64,000 nt of DNA, taken from NCBI GenBank assembly GCA_963752285.1, contig CAVVXN010000005.1:768001-832000 (forward strand), read 5' to 3'. The notes beneath the pieces were generated by a model. That model was not told where the DNA came from. It saw only the letters and a program-made list of their open reading frames with translations, and searched no databases. Source of the stretch: an uncultured Planctomycetota bacterium. GTDB lineage: Bacteria > Planctomycetota > PLA2 > JAEUHO01. Position 1 is the first letter of the stretch. Each line of letters starts with the position of its first letter. A program made the position numbers and the translations under genes. Positions 44,410 through 54,430 of the stretch are shown piece by piece.

Positions 44410-45720
44410 ATGAGCGACCCGAGCGTCGAGGAAGCGGCCCGGCGGCTCGAGGTCGTCGGTCAGGGGCACCTGGTCCTGCACGCGGGATCCCTGCCGCCCG
44501 CGGACCGGAGCCGCTTCCTGATCGACGCCGCGGGCGCCCCGTGGGAGGCGCTCCGCCAGGCCCTCGAGCGGCCGGGGCCGGGCGCCTCGCCCACGCTTCG
44601 CCCTCCGCAGGGCCTGACCGTCAAGCGCCAGATGTCCGAGGGCGGCCTCCGGCCGCGCATGAAGGACATCGGGCGCCGCATGCTGCGGGGCGGGCGCGTG
44701 GCGACGCTGCTGCTCGCCGGGGGGCAGGGCACGCGGCTCGGCCTCTGTGGCCCGAAGGGCGAGCTCGTGCTCGGGCCGGAGGCCGACCGGTCGCTGTTCG
44801 CGATCCAGGCGGAGCGCGTGGCCGCGGCCGGCCGTGAGGTGGGCCGCAAGGTGCCGTTGATCGTCCTCGTGAGCGAGGCGACGGAGGCCGCCACGCGCGA
44901 GGCGTTCGACCGTGGCGCCGCGGCGTGGGGGCTCGACCCCGCCCAGGTCGAGATCGTCCGGCAGGGCATGCTGCCCGCGCTCGACGACGGCGGTCGGGCG
45001 CTCCTCGAGGCCCCGGGACGCCTCGCGCTCGCGCCGGACGGTCACGGCGGCCTCCTCGACGCGATCGCCCGGGCGGGCGTCCTCGACCGGCTCGGCGAGG
45101 CGGGCGTGGACGTCCTCACGACGTTCCAGATCGACAACCCGCTGGCGCTCCCGCTCGACCCGGTGATGCTCGGCTGGATGGTGGAGCGGCGGGCGCAGGC
45201 GGTGGGCAAGGCCGTCCGGCGCCTGCCGGGCGAGAGGGTGGGCGTCTTCGCGCGCGACGTGCAGGGCCGTCACATGGTCGTCGAGTACTCGGAGCTCCCG
45301 CCCGACGACTCCGCGGACGAGCTCAAGATGGGCTCGATCGCTCTCCACGCCTTCTCCGTGGAGTGGTTGCGGCGCCTCGTGCGCAGCCGGGTCTCGCTCC
45401 CCCTGCACCGCGCGCACAAGCGCGTGCCCCATCTGGACGAGAACGGCCGGCTCGTCACGCCGGACGACCCGAACGCGTGGAAGTTCGAGCGCTTCGTGTT
45501 CGACACGTTCCCCCACGCCGAACGCGTCGAGGTGCACGAGGTGCTCCGCGAGCGCGAGTTCGCGCCGGTGAAGAACGCCGAGGGGGTGGACAGCCCCGAG
45601 ACCGCGCGCGCGCTCGTCGCGGCGGAGGTGCGGCGCACCTACGAGGAGCGCGGCCTGGCGGCTCCGGAGCCGCCCTCCCTCCGCCCCCTCGACCTGATCG
45701 AGGTCGTGCGCCTCCCCTGA
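44410..45720 (+). CDS. UDPGP-family (eukaryotic-type UDP-GlcNAc/UDP-Glc pyrophosphorylase) nucleotidyltransferase
   Basis: LAGGQGTRLG..PKG, PDGHGG, IDN, VEYSE, KFERFVFD, FAPVKNA. Confidence 0.88.
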   Translation: MSDPSVEEAARRLEVVGQGHLVLHAGSLPPADRSRFLIDAAGAPWEALRQALERPGPGASPTLRPPQGLTVKRQMSEGGLRPRMKDIGRRMLRGGRVATLLLAGGQGTRLGLCGPKGELVLGPEADRSLFAIQAERVAAAGREVGRKVPLIVLVSEATEAATREAFDRGAAAWGLDPAQVEIVRQGMLPALDDGGRALLEAPGRLALAPDGHGGLLDAIARAGVLDRLGEAGVDVLTTFQIDNPLALPLDPVMLGWMVERRAQAVGKAVRRLPGERVGVFARDVQGRHMVVEYSELPPDDSADELKMGSIALHAFSVEWLRRLVRSRVSLPLHRAHKRVPHLDENGRLVTPDDPNAWKFERFVFDTFPHAERVEVHEVLREREFAPVKNAEGVDSPETARALVAAEVRRTYEERGLAAPEPPSLRPLDLIEVVRLP

Positions 45721-45804
45721 CGGCCCGGCTCGATGGACGGCACCGATGGGGGTCGTTCGCGGGCAGTCCCCCCGTATACTGCGATTTCGTCCGGAGGGGC
45801 CTCC

Positions 45805-46890
45805 ATGCAGCCGAGATCGAGGCGGGGGGGCGAGCGTCTGCGTCTCGCCGTCTTGATGGGGGGACCGTCGAGCGAGCACGAGGTGTCGCTCGACGGCGGG
45901 CAGAACGTGGTCGAGGCGCTCGACCTCGGGCGCTTCGAGGTCCGACCCGTGGTGATCGCGCGCGACGGGCGCTGGTGGATCCGGTCGCGGGCGCTTCGGC
46001 CGGAGGGACCGCGGCGCCGCGCGGCCTTCGACCCGCGGCACGTCGAGGGATGGCGGCCGTACCGCGGCCCGATCCCGGCGATCCAGGAGCTCGCGACCTG
46101 GCCCGCGGACGTCGTGCTCCCCGTGTTGCACGGTCCCTTCGGGGAGGACGGCACGGTGCAGGCCTGCCTCGCGGCGGCGGGGCTCCCCTTCGTGGGGAGC
46201 GGGAGCCTCGCGAGCGGGATCGCGAACGACAAGGTCCGGACGAAGGAGATCCTCTCGTTCCACGGCGTCCCGACGCCGCGCTTCGAGGTCCTCGGCGCCA
46301 GCGAGCTCGCGCGCGGTCGCTCGGACACGGCCGAGCGCCTGGTTGCCGCGTTCGGAGCGCCCCTCGTGCTGAAGGACCCGACGGGGGGCAGCAGCCTGGA
46401 GGTCCGGATCGCGGACGACGCCGGCGCCGTGGCCGCCGCGCTCGACGAGCTCTCGCCGCCGGCGACGCGTGTGCTCGTCGAGGCGTACGTGCGGGGCCGG
46501 GAGCTCACCGCGGGCGTCCTCGACGACCGCGAGCGGGGCGAGCCCGTCGCGCTGCCCATCGTCGAGATCCGGCCCCGGTCGAGCCGCACGTTCGACTACC
46601 GCGAGAAGTACGCGCCCGACGGGGCCGAGGAGCTCTGCCCGGCCCCGATCCCGCCCGAGGTGGAGGCGGAGGCCCGCCGGCTGGGGCTCCTCGTCCACAC
46701 ACTCCTGGGCCTCAAGGGCCTGTCGCGAACCGACCTCATCTGGGAGGCGGACCGGGGGCTCGAGGTCCTCGAGGTGAACACGATCCCGGGGCTCACCCCG
46801 CGGAGCCTCGTGCCCCGCGCGGCGCGCGCCCTCGGGATCGAGTTCTCCGCGCTGGTCGAGAACCTGATCCGGACGGCCTCGCCGGGGTAG
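45805..46890 (+). CDS. ddl: D-alanine--D-alanine ligase
   Basis: GGPSSEHEVS, LHGPFGEDG, GGSS, FDYREKY, LEVNTIPG. Confidence 0.93.
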   Translation: MQPRSRRGGERLRLAVLMGGPSSEHEVSLDGGQNVVEALDLGRFEVRPVVIARDGRWWIRSRALRPEGPRRRAAFDPRHVEGWRPYRGPIPAIQELATWPADVVLPVLHGPFGEDGTVQACLAAAGLPFVGSGSLASGIANDKVRTKEILSFHGVPTPRFEVLGASELARGRSDTAERLVAAFGAPLVLKDPTGGSSLEVRIADDAGAVAAALDELSPPATRVLVEAYVRGRELTAGVLDDRERGEPVALPIVEIRPRSSRTFDYREKYAPDGAEELCPAPIPPEVEAEARRLGLLVHTLLGLKGLSRTDLIWEADRGLEVLEVNTIPGLTPRSLVPRAARALGIEFSALVENLIRTASPG

Positions 46891-46969
46891 CCCGAGCCCC
46901 GGGGGCGCATCGGGGCGGACCGGGCGCCCGGGGTTTACGAGGCCCGGGGGGGCGGGGAGCATCCGCGCC

Positions 46970-47377
46970 ATGGACGAGACCGCACCCGCGAACGACGGCG
47001 CGATCGAGCGCCACGAGAAGCTATGGGGCGAGGAGCACTGGATCGTCAACCGCGACTACTGCGGCAAGAAGCTCGTCCTGCGCCGCGGCTGGCGATGCTC
47101 GCTCCACTACCACGAGCGGAAGGACGAGGTCTTCTACCTGATCGCGGGTCGCGTCCTCCTCGAGCACGCCGGAGGGTGGCGCGTCATGGTGCCGGGCCAC
47201 GCGCAGCGGATCCCGCCGGGCACCGTGCACCGGTTCTGGGGCCTCGACGACAGCGAGATCATCGAGTTCTCGACCCACCACGAGGACGACGACTCGTATC
47301 GACTGGAGCCCTCGGGCTCGTTCGAGGGCTCGCACCTCGCCCCGTTCGGGCTCGCCGAGGGCCATGCCGACGCCTGA
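46970..47377 (+). CDS. Cupin protein (mannose-6-phosphate isomerase/sugar isomerase-like)
   Basis: KLWG.E, SLHYHERKDE, PGTVHRF, EFST. Confidence 0.8.
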   Translation: MDETAPANDGAIERHEKLWGEEHWIVNRDYCGKKLVLRRGWRCSLHYHERKDEVFYLIAGRVLLEHAGGWRVMVPGHAQRIPPGTVHRFWGLDDSEIIEFSTHHEDDDSYRLEPSGSFEGSHLAPFGLAEGHADA

Positions 47378-47482
47378 CGCGTTCCCGCCGCAGACGGCGG
47401 GTCGCCCGCTTCCGACCCGCTCCCGACGGCCCTACCATGGGGCCGGGGCGCGGTCGGGGGGGCGTCGAACCGAGATCGCCTC

Positions 47483-49495
47483 ATGAACCGACTCGTCCAG
47501 GTGTCGAGCCTCGCCGCGCTGGTCCTCGCCGCGGCCGTCGTCGTGTGGCTCGTCGCGACCCAGGGTCGCGCGCCCGGTCCGCAGGAGATCCCGACGGCGC
47601 TCGACCACCCGGACGCGCCCGCCGCGCCCTTGCCGCGCGAGCTGAACGTCCCCCACGGAGGCGTCTTCGCGGGCGTGGTCGTCGATCACGACGGAAAGCC
47701 CGTCCCCGACGCGACGGTGCTGCTCGTCGCGTACGACAACGGGACGACCGGCCGGCCGCGAGGGCTCCCACAGCCCGCGCCGTCCGCGGGAGACGCTCCG
47801 GTCTTCGACCCCTCCTCCGTCTCGGTCGTCGGCTTCCGAACCGCGGCGGAGAGCCGCACGGACCTCGGGGGTCGCTTCCGCGTCGCGGCGGATGCGGCGA
47901 GCAGCGTGCACCTCGTCTGCGCGTATCACCCGGGGTTCGTGCCGAACCTGCTGCCGGTGGACCGGCCGAGCGAGGACCTCCGCGTCGAGCTCCTTCCCGC
48001 GGGGCGGCTGGTGGGCCACGTGGTGGACGACACGACGGGCCGCGCGGTGGCCGGAGCGAAGGTGGCGATCTACCTGCAGCAGCGCACCGCGCTCCCCCCG
48101 GCGCAGAACGGCACGACGCCGAGGCCCGCCGCGGACCGTCCGGCGCTCAGTCCCTACGCCGTGGCCCAGCAGTGGGTCGCGACGGAGCTCGGCCAGCGCG
48201 TGTGGGGGCTCGACGCGAACGAGGACAGCTCCCTCGTCCTCGTGACGGACGCGCACGGGGACTTCTCGTTCGGTCCCATCGGAGACCAGGTCCAGCTCGA
48301 GGTCGTGATCACGCACCCCGACTACGCCTGGCAGGAGTTCGACCAGGTCGGCGAAGAGTACGTGAAGCGCATCGTCGTCGAGCCCGGGCAGACGGTGGAG
48401 CGCACGTACCGCCTCGACCCCGGCAAGTCCATCTCGGGCCGGGTGATCGACGCCGCGACGCAGAAGGGCGTGCCCGACGTGGAGGTGCTCGTCGATCACG
48501 TGGCGCAGTACCACCAGCACTGGTGGTATCGCGTGAAGTCGCGACGGGCGAGGACCGGCCACGACGGCGCCTTCAAGGTGGGGGGGCTCTCGTGGGGCCC
48601 GTACACGGCGCGACTCCGCCACTCCGGGTTCGGAGAGGAGTTCATCCCGAAGATCCCCGAGGGCGCGACCAACCTCGTGTGGGAGGTGAGCCACCTCGGC
48701 GGCATCGACGGCACGATCGAGGGCTTCGAGGACACGGGGGGTGCCGCGATCGACCTCGTCCTCGAGTCCGTCGAGGAGAACCCGGAGCACGGCCGCCGGG
48801 CCGAGTTCCGGCCGCCCGTGGACAAGGGCGGCCACTTCGAGGTCCAGGGCGTCCAGCCGGGCCGCTACCGGGCCTGGCTCCAGGGCGAGTCGAAGAGCAG
48901 CGAGCCGCAAGTGATCGAGGTGTCCGGACTCGACATGACCCCGGTGACGTTCGAGCTCGGCGGGGGGGGGCGGGTCGAGCTCTCCGTCTACGACGCGGGG
49001 GGGAGGCCCCTGGACCCGGCCGAGGTCGAGCTGGTGAAGATCGCGGAGCAGGAGGGGCAGGAGGACGTCACGCTGGGGCGGTACGTGACACGGAAGGGCC
49101 ACCTGGTCGCGAACGGCGTGGCGCCGGGCCGGTACCGCGCCCTCGTCTCCTCCGGCGGCTACCTCCAGGCCGAGACCGAGCCCTTCACGGTCGTGACGGA
49201 CCGCACGACGATGGTCGGCGACGTGTCGCTCCGCCAACGGAGCTGGCTCCGGATCAAGAGCGTGGTCGGTCCGGACGGGCGGACGCCGACGAGTCCGGTG
49301 CGCATCGAGATCCAGACGGGTGGCCAGGGGGAGTTCCAGCCCCTCCAGCACCTCGGCGGGGGCCCCGTGGCGATCGAGCCGGGCACCCTGACCCTCCGGG
49401 CCCGGACCGACGACGGCGCGACCTTCGAGCAGCAGATCGAGGTCGAGGACGGCCAGACCGTTCCGGTGGACATTCGTCTCGTCCGCCCCCGGTGA
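47483..49495 (+). CDS. Membrane-anchored protein with carboxypeptidase-regulatory-like beta-sandwich repeats
   Basis: N-terminal TM; repeated G.VVD..G.PV..A.V / TD..G.F / PGRY. Confidence 0.75.
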   Translation: MNRLVQVSSLAALVLAAAVVVWLVATQGRAPGPQEIPTALDHPDAPAAPLPRELNVPHGGVFAGVVVDHDGKPVPDATVLLVAYDNGTTGRPRGLPQPAPSAGDAPVFDPSSVSVVGFRTAAESRTDLGGRFRVAADAASSVHLVCAYHPGFVPNLLPVDRPSEDLRVELLPAGRLVGHVVDDTTGRAVAGAKVAIYLQQRTALPPAQNGTTPRPAADRPALSPYAVAQQWVATELGQRVWGLDANEDSSLVLVTDAHGDFSFGPIGDQVQLEVVITHPDYAWQEFDQVGEEYVKRIVVEPGQTVERTYRLDPGKSISGRVIDAATQKGVPDVEVLVDHVAQYHQHWWYRVKSRRARTGHDGAFKVGGLSWGPYTARLRHSGFGEEFIPKIPEGATNLVWEVSHLGGIDGTIEGFEDTGGAAIDLVLESVEENPEHGRRAEFRPPVDKGGHFEVQGVQPGRYRAWLQGESKSSEPQVIEVSGLDMTPVTFELGGGGRVELSVYDAGGRPLDPAEVELVKIAEQEGQEDVTLGRYVTRKGHLVANGVAPGRYRALVSSGGYLQAETEPFTVVTDRTTMVGDVSLRQRSWLRIKSVVGPDGRTPTSPVRIEIQTGGQGEFQPLQHLGGGPVAIEPGTLTLRARTDDGATFEQQIEVEDGQTVPVDIRLVRPR

Positions 49496-49578
49496 GGGCC
49501 CCGGCCAGGGCCCCCGGGGAACGGCGGGACTGGGGCGCCGGGTTGAGGCGGGGCCCACCGCCCCGTACCCTTCGGCGC

Positions 49579-49908
49579 GTGAACGAGCCGGCCGAGAGCC
49601 CCCCCTCCGACGACACGCCCGACGGGCCGCCCGCCGAGCGCCGGTCCCCGGGCGAGCGCCGCACGGGAGACCGACGCCAGCGGGACCTGCCGGTGGCGCA
49701 CGACCGCCGGTCCGGAACCGACCGCCGGAGGGGCGAGCGGCGGCGGGGCGCGGGACCGATCATGCTGGACGCGGACGAGCAGGACTTCGTGAACGCCTTC
49801 CAGCGGTGGCGCGAGAGGCACGGCGGGAGGTTCCCGTCCGCGAAGGACTTGCTCGCCATGCTGGGCGACCTGGGCTGGGAGCGAACCGGCCGGGAGGAAC
49901 GGGCCTGA
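49579..49908 (+). CDS. Small protein with ERR/DRR repeats and helical C-terminus
   Basis: ERRSPGERRTGDRR...DRRSGTDRRRGERRR then DEQDFVNAFQRW....RFPS..DLL....LGW; TGATG overlap with pepA. Confidence 0.7.
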   Translation: MNEPAESPPSDDTPDGPPAERRSPGERRTGDRRQRDLPVAHDRRSGTDRRRGERRRGAGPIMLDADEQDFVNAFQRWRERHGGRFPSAKDLLAMLGDLGWERTGREERA

Positions 49909-51410
49909 TGGAGTTTGCGGTACGCACCACCGCGCTCGCCGGGCACGCGGACCAGGCGCTCGTGCTGCTGGTCCCGGAAGGCGAGGACCCCCACCACGTG
50001 CTCGAGTCCGTCGGTCGGGGGCCCGCGGCGGCCTACACCGCGCTCCGCGACCGACAGGCCTTCGCGGGGAAGGCCGGGCGGGTCCGCGTGCTCCAGGGCT
50101 CGCCTCGGGACCGATATCCGACCGTGGTCCTCGCCCGCGTCGACTCGGGGTCCGGCGCGCGCGGTCTGGCGGAGGCCGCCGCCACGGGGGCGCGACACGC
50201 CCGGGATCACGGCGCGCGGTCCCTGACCGTTCCGATCTCGGCCGATCTCGGGCCCGCCCCCCGCCCCACGCGGGCCGCCTCGGCGATCGCCGAGGGGGTC
50301 TGGGTCGGGCTCTACCGCTTCCAGGCGCACAAGACCGAGAAGGCGAAGGTCGAGGTCGAGCGCGTCACGTTCCTCGCGCCGCGCGGTCGGGGCGACCGCG
50401 TGAAGAAGGCGGTCGAGCACGGGCGCATCGTGGGCGAGGCCGTCCTCTTCGCGCGGGACCTCGGGAACGAGCCCGCGAACCACGCGACTCCGACGTACCT
50501 CGCGGAGACGGCCCTCGAGATCGCGGGCGAGCACGGCCTCGTCGTCCGGATCCTCGACGAGGACGAGATGCGCGCGCTCGGCATGGGCGCCCTCCTCGGC
50601 GTGAGCAGCGGGAGCGCGGAGCCCGCGAAGCTGATCGTACTCACCTACGAACCGCCGCGCCGTGCGAGGGACACCGTCGCGATCGTCGGGAAGGGCGTCA
50701 CGTTCGACTCGGGTGGCATCAGCATCAAGCCCGCCGCGAAGATGGACGAGATGAAGTTCGACATGTGCGGGGGCGCCGCGATCCTCGCCACCATGCAGGC
50801 GCTCCCCCGCCTCGGCGCGACCACGCGCGTCGTCGGGCTCGTCCCCGCGTCCGAGAACCTCTCGGGCTCCGCAGCGTACAAGCCGGGCGACATCCTGAAG
50901 GCGATGAACGGCACGACGATCGAGGTCAAGAACACCGACGCCGAGGGCCGCCTGATCCTCGCCGACGCGCTCGCGTACGCGACCTCCCGCCTGCGGCCGA
51001 AGCCCAAGGCGATCGTGGACCTCGCCACGCTGACCGGCTCGTGCGTCGTGGCGCTCGGCGACCAGTACGCGGGCCTCGTCAGCAACGACGACCGACTCGC
51101 CGCGCGCGTGATCGCGGCGGGGGAGACGTCCGGCGACCTCGTTTGGCGGCTTCCCCTGAACGAAGGGTACCGAAGCCAGCTCGAGAGCGCGTATGCCGAC
51201 GTTTCGAACCTCGGGAGCCCCGGCGCAGGGACGATCACCGCCGCCGCGTTCCTCGAGAAGTTCGTCGGCCGGACGCCCTGGGTGCACCTCGACATCGCGG
51301 GCACCGCCTGGACGGACAAGGGAAGCGGGTTCCTCACCCGCGGCGCCACGGGATTCGGGGTGCGCCTGCTCCTCGAGCTCCTGCCGCGGTGGTCTCGCGG
51401 GGGGGCATAG
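49908..51410 (+). CDS. pepA: Leucyl aminopeptidase (M17)
   Basis: VGKGVTFDSGG, MKFDMCG, NTDAEGRL, HLDIAG. Confidence 0.96.
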   Translation: MEFAVRTTALAGHADQALVLLVPEGEDPHHVLESVGRGPAAAYTALRDRQAFAGKAGRVRVLQGSPRDRYPTVVLARVDSGSGARGLAEAAATGARHARDHGARSLTVPISADLGPAPRPTRAASAIAEGVWVGLYRFQAHKTEKAKVEVERVTFLAPRGRGDRVKKAVEHGRIVGEAVLFARDLGNEPANHATPTYLAETALEIAGEHGLVVRILDEDEMRALGMGALLGVSSGSAEPAKLIVLTYEPPRRARDTVAIVGKGVTFDSGGISIKPAAKMDEMKFDMCGGAAILATMQALPRLGATTRVVGLVPASENLSGSAAYKPGDILKAMNGTTIEVKNTDAEGRLILADALAYATSRLRPKPKAIVDLATLTGSCVVALGDQYAGLVSNDDRLAARVIAAGETSGDLVWRLPLNEGYRSQLESAYADVSNLGSPGAGTITAAAFLEKFVGRTPWVHLDIAGTAWTDKGSGFLTRGATGFGVRLLLELLPRWSRGGA

Positions 51411-51416
51411 CTCGAC

Positions 51417-52535
51417 ATGCCGGATGCCGTGCCGGAGACCGCCGCGCCGATCCACGCGCGGTCCGCGTCTCGGTGGCTACGCGACCTGATCGACTGCGCG
51501 CGCGGAAAGCGCCGCGCGATCGTGCACCTGCAGCACAATCCCGACCCGGACGCGCTCGCGAGCGGCGTCGCCGTGCAGTTCCTGTTCAAGCGGCTCCTCG
51601 ACATCGAGACGGTGCTCACGCACACGGGCCAGGTCGGCCGCGCTGAGAACCGCGCGATGCTCCGCTGGCTGGAGATCCGCATCATCCCGGCGTTCAAGAT
51701 CGACTACTCCGAATACGACCTCCTCGTCGTGGTGGACACGCACCCCGGCTCCGGGACCTGCCGCCTTCCCGAGGGTGTCGTGCCCGACGTCGTGGTGGAC
51801 CACCACCCGACGGCGCAGGTGCCCGACGGCGTGCGCGTGCCGTTCATCGACCCGTCGTTCGGCGCGACGTCCACGATGATCGGTTGGTTGCTCGTCGAGA
51901 ACGGCATCCGGCCGGACGCCCGGGTGGCCACGGCGCTCGCGTACGGCATCAAGACCGACACGTTGGACCTCGCGCGGTCCATCGGGCCGCACGACGAGGT
52001 CGTGTACCGCGAGATCTACGCCCTCGCGGACAAGCGCGTCCTCGGTCGGATCCAGCGGGCGCGCCTCTCGCAGGAGTACTTCCAGGTCCTGGAGCGCGGT
52101 CTCCGCCGCGCACGCGTGACCGACTTCGCCGTGACGACGTACCTCGGGCAGGTGGACCACCCGGACGCCGTGGCGGAGATCGCCGACATCCTGTTCCGGC
52201 TCGAGAGCATGAAGTGGGCCATGGTGGCCGGCATGAACGGGCCGATGCTCTACCTCTCGCTCCGCGCGGTCCAGGCGGAGGGCGTGAACGCCGGCCGGAT
52301 CGCGGAGCAGGTCAGCCAGGGCTTTGGTGGGGGGCACGAGACGTTCGCCGGCGCCCAGATCCCCCTCCCGACCGACGGGACGACCCCGGAGGCGTTCTTC
52401 GAGGTCGTCTGGGAGCGGTTCCTCCAGGCCATCCGTGCCAAGAAGAGCCTGACGCGGCCGCTGACGATCCCCCCGACGTCCCGCACCTCGGAGGACCGTC
52501 GCCACGAGCGGTCCCGGGACGACGACGAGGGGTAG
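51417..52535 (+). CDS. DHH/DHHA1 family phosphoesterase
   Basis: HNPDPDA, VDHH, GIKTDT, GGGH. Confidence 0.88.
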   Translation: MPDAVPETAAPIHARSASRWLRDLIDCARGKRRAIVHLQHNPDPDALASGVAVQFLFKRLLDIETVLTHTGQVGRAENRAMLRWLEIRIIPAFKIDYSEYDLLVVVDTHPGSGTCRLPEGVVPDVVVDHHPTAQVPDGVRVPFIDPSFGATSTMIGWLLVENGIRPDARVATALAYGIKTDTLDLARSIGPHDEVVYREIYALADKRVLGRIQRARLSQEYFQVLERGLRRARVTDFAVTTYLGQVDHPDAVAEIADILFRLESMKWAMVAGMNGPMLYLSLRAVQAEGVNAGRIAEQVSQGFGGGHETFAGAQIPLPTDGTTPEAFFEVVWERFLQAIRAKKSLTRPLTIPPTSRTSEDRRHERSRDDDEG

Positions 52536-52632
52536 CGACGTGAGCGCCCGAAGACGGGGGTCCCCGGCGGGCGCGAGGCCGGCCCCGCGCGGGTTCGGTA
52601 CCCTGGCTTCCCCGACGGAAGGAACGCAATCG

Positions 52633-54267
52633 ATGGCTTCGAGACGGCCCCGGATCGCGCGGGCGGCGCCGCACCTCCTCGTGCTCGGGCTCCTGCTCCT
52701 CGGCACCCGCGCGCCGGCGGCCGCCGGCGCCGAGAACGGCGGACCGGCGCCCCGCGCCTACGAGGAGGTCGAGAAGGACTTCCTGAAACAGGTGGAGGCC
52801 GAGGACCCGGAGACGCGCGCGCGCGCGTTCGACCTTCTCCAGGGCCAGAGCGACCCACGCGCGGTCGTGCTGGTCCTGCGCGGAACGCGCTCCGTGCACG
52901 CACGCGAGGACCGGATCAAGGACGAGCAGGCGAAGATCGAGAAGTCCTACGAGACCGAGCTCGACCACAAGCTCCGGGCCGACCGTTGGTTCGAGAACTC
53001 GCAGCGGTCCCAGAAGGACCTCGACCGCTACAACGCGGGCGTCAAGAAGATCACCAAGAAGCTGGACGAGCTGCTCCTGAAGCGGAAGAGCCTCGAGAAC
53101 GACTACGCGCGCTGCCGCGCGATGCTCGACGCCGCCAGCCGCGAGATGGGGGAGCTCCTCGGCCGCATACCGGACGAGGCCCTCCCGGGGTCGCTCGACC
53201 AGGTGGGTCTGGCGTGGCTCCAGGGGAAGAGCGAGGAGGACCGTCTCCGCTGGGTCGAGTCCCTCGCGGTGGTGAAGCGCCCCACCGTCGCGGAGCGGAT
53301 CCGCACCGTCCTGAACGACGAAACGGCGGACCTCAAGGTCCGGGCGCTCGCGCTGGAGGCGCTGGCCGGACGGAACGACCCCGAGGTCCTTTTGTTCGCC
53401 GCGAAGACCCTCGCCGCCACCGACGCCCCGTGGGACCTGATGACGGCGTCGATCGCGGCGCTGGCGCGTCTCCACGTCCGCGGGGCCATCGAGCCGCTCA
53501 TCGCCTTCCTCGGCCGCGAGGACATCGCGCGTCTCAGGACCGACGCGCGCGACGCGCTCGTCTCGCTGACGGGCCAGACCCACGGTCCGTACCGCGATCC
53601 GTGGGCGCGCTGGTGGGAGGACGCGAAAGGCTCCTTCGTGATGCCCGCAGAGCCGCAGAAGGACCCGAACGCGGACCAGCCGAAGAAGGGCGTCACGTTC
53701 TTCGGGATCCACACCTTCAGCGACCGGATCCTCTACATCCTCGACGTCTCCGGCTCGATGGACCAGGCGCCCACGCGGAAGAACGAGCGGGGCGAGTCCG
53801 TGCCGACGGGCGACCCGCCGAAGATCGAGCTCGCGCGCAAGGAGCTCGCGGGCGCGATCAACCTGATGAACCCGACCGACCACTTCAACGTGATCCTGTT
53901 CGATCACCAGGTCGTCGTCTGGCAGACGAAGATGGTGGACGCGAGCGACGCGAACAAGCGGCGGGCGATCGCGTGGGCCCAGGACCAGCCGCCGGTGGGC
54001 GGCACGAACATCTACGACGCGCTCGAGGCGGGGTTCCGCATCGCGCTGGCCGCGACGAACGACCGCACCGTGGACACGATCTACTTCCTGACGGACGGGA
54101 AGCCGACCGCCGGCAAGGTGGAGGACCCCGACCGGATCCTGTCGGACGTCGCCGACTGGGAGAAGTCGGCGAACGTGACGATCCACACGGTCGGCCTGGG
54201 CGACTGTGATGAGGCGTTTCTTCGGCGCTTGGCCCAAATGACCCACGGAACCTTCGTTTCCAGGTAG
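52633..54267 (+). CDS. Secreted coiled-coil/HEAT-repeat protein with C-terminal vWA domain
   Basis: Signal peptide, HEAT-like helices, MIDAS DVSGS, GGTN, FLTDG. Confidence 0.82.
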   Translation: MASRRPRIARAAPHLLVLGLLLLGTRAPAAAGAENGGPAPRAYEEVEKDFLKQVEAEDPETRARAFDLLQGQSDPRAVVLVLRGTRSVHAREDRIKDEQAKIEKSYETELDHKLRADRWFENSQRSQKDLDRYNAGVKKITKKLDELLLKRKSLENDYARCRAMLDAASREMGELLGRIPDEALPGSLDQVGLAWLQGKSEEDRLRWVESLAVVKRPTVAERIRTVLNDETADLKVRALALEALAGRNDPEVLLFAAKTLAATDAPWDLMTASIAALARLHVRGAIEPLIAFLGREDIARLRTDARDALVSLTGQTHGPYRDPWARWWEDAKGSFVMPAEPQKDPNADQPKKGVTFFGIHTFSDRILYILDVSGSMDQAPTRKNERGESVPTGDPPKIELARKELAGAINLMNPTDHFNVILFDHQVVVWQTKMVDASDANKRRAIAWAQDQPPVGGTNIYDALEAGFRIALAATNDRTVDTIYFLTDGKPTAGKVEDPDRILSDVADWEKSANVTIHTVGLGDCDEAFLRRLAQMTHGTFVSR

Positions 54268-54369
54268 CCGGCGGGCTGAGAGGCCAGTTCGCGGCCCTTC
54301 CTCCTCCTTGCGTGCATTCGCACGCGGCGTCGTCGTCATGGCCACTCCTTTGGCCTCTCAGCCCGCCGG
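54268..54369. repeat. Perfect 19-bp inverted repeat enclosing an inner hairpin
   Basis: CCGGCGGGCTGAGAGGCCA (54268-54286) / TGGCCTCTCAGCCCGCCGG (54351-54369); inner GCGTGC-ATTC-GCACGC. Confidence 0.9.
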
Positions 54370-54430
54370 TCGGGTCTGGGCGTTCGGGCGTGCGGGGCTC
54401 GCGGCGCCGCCTCCGGCGCCCCCCTCGGTG

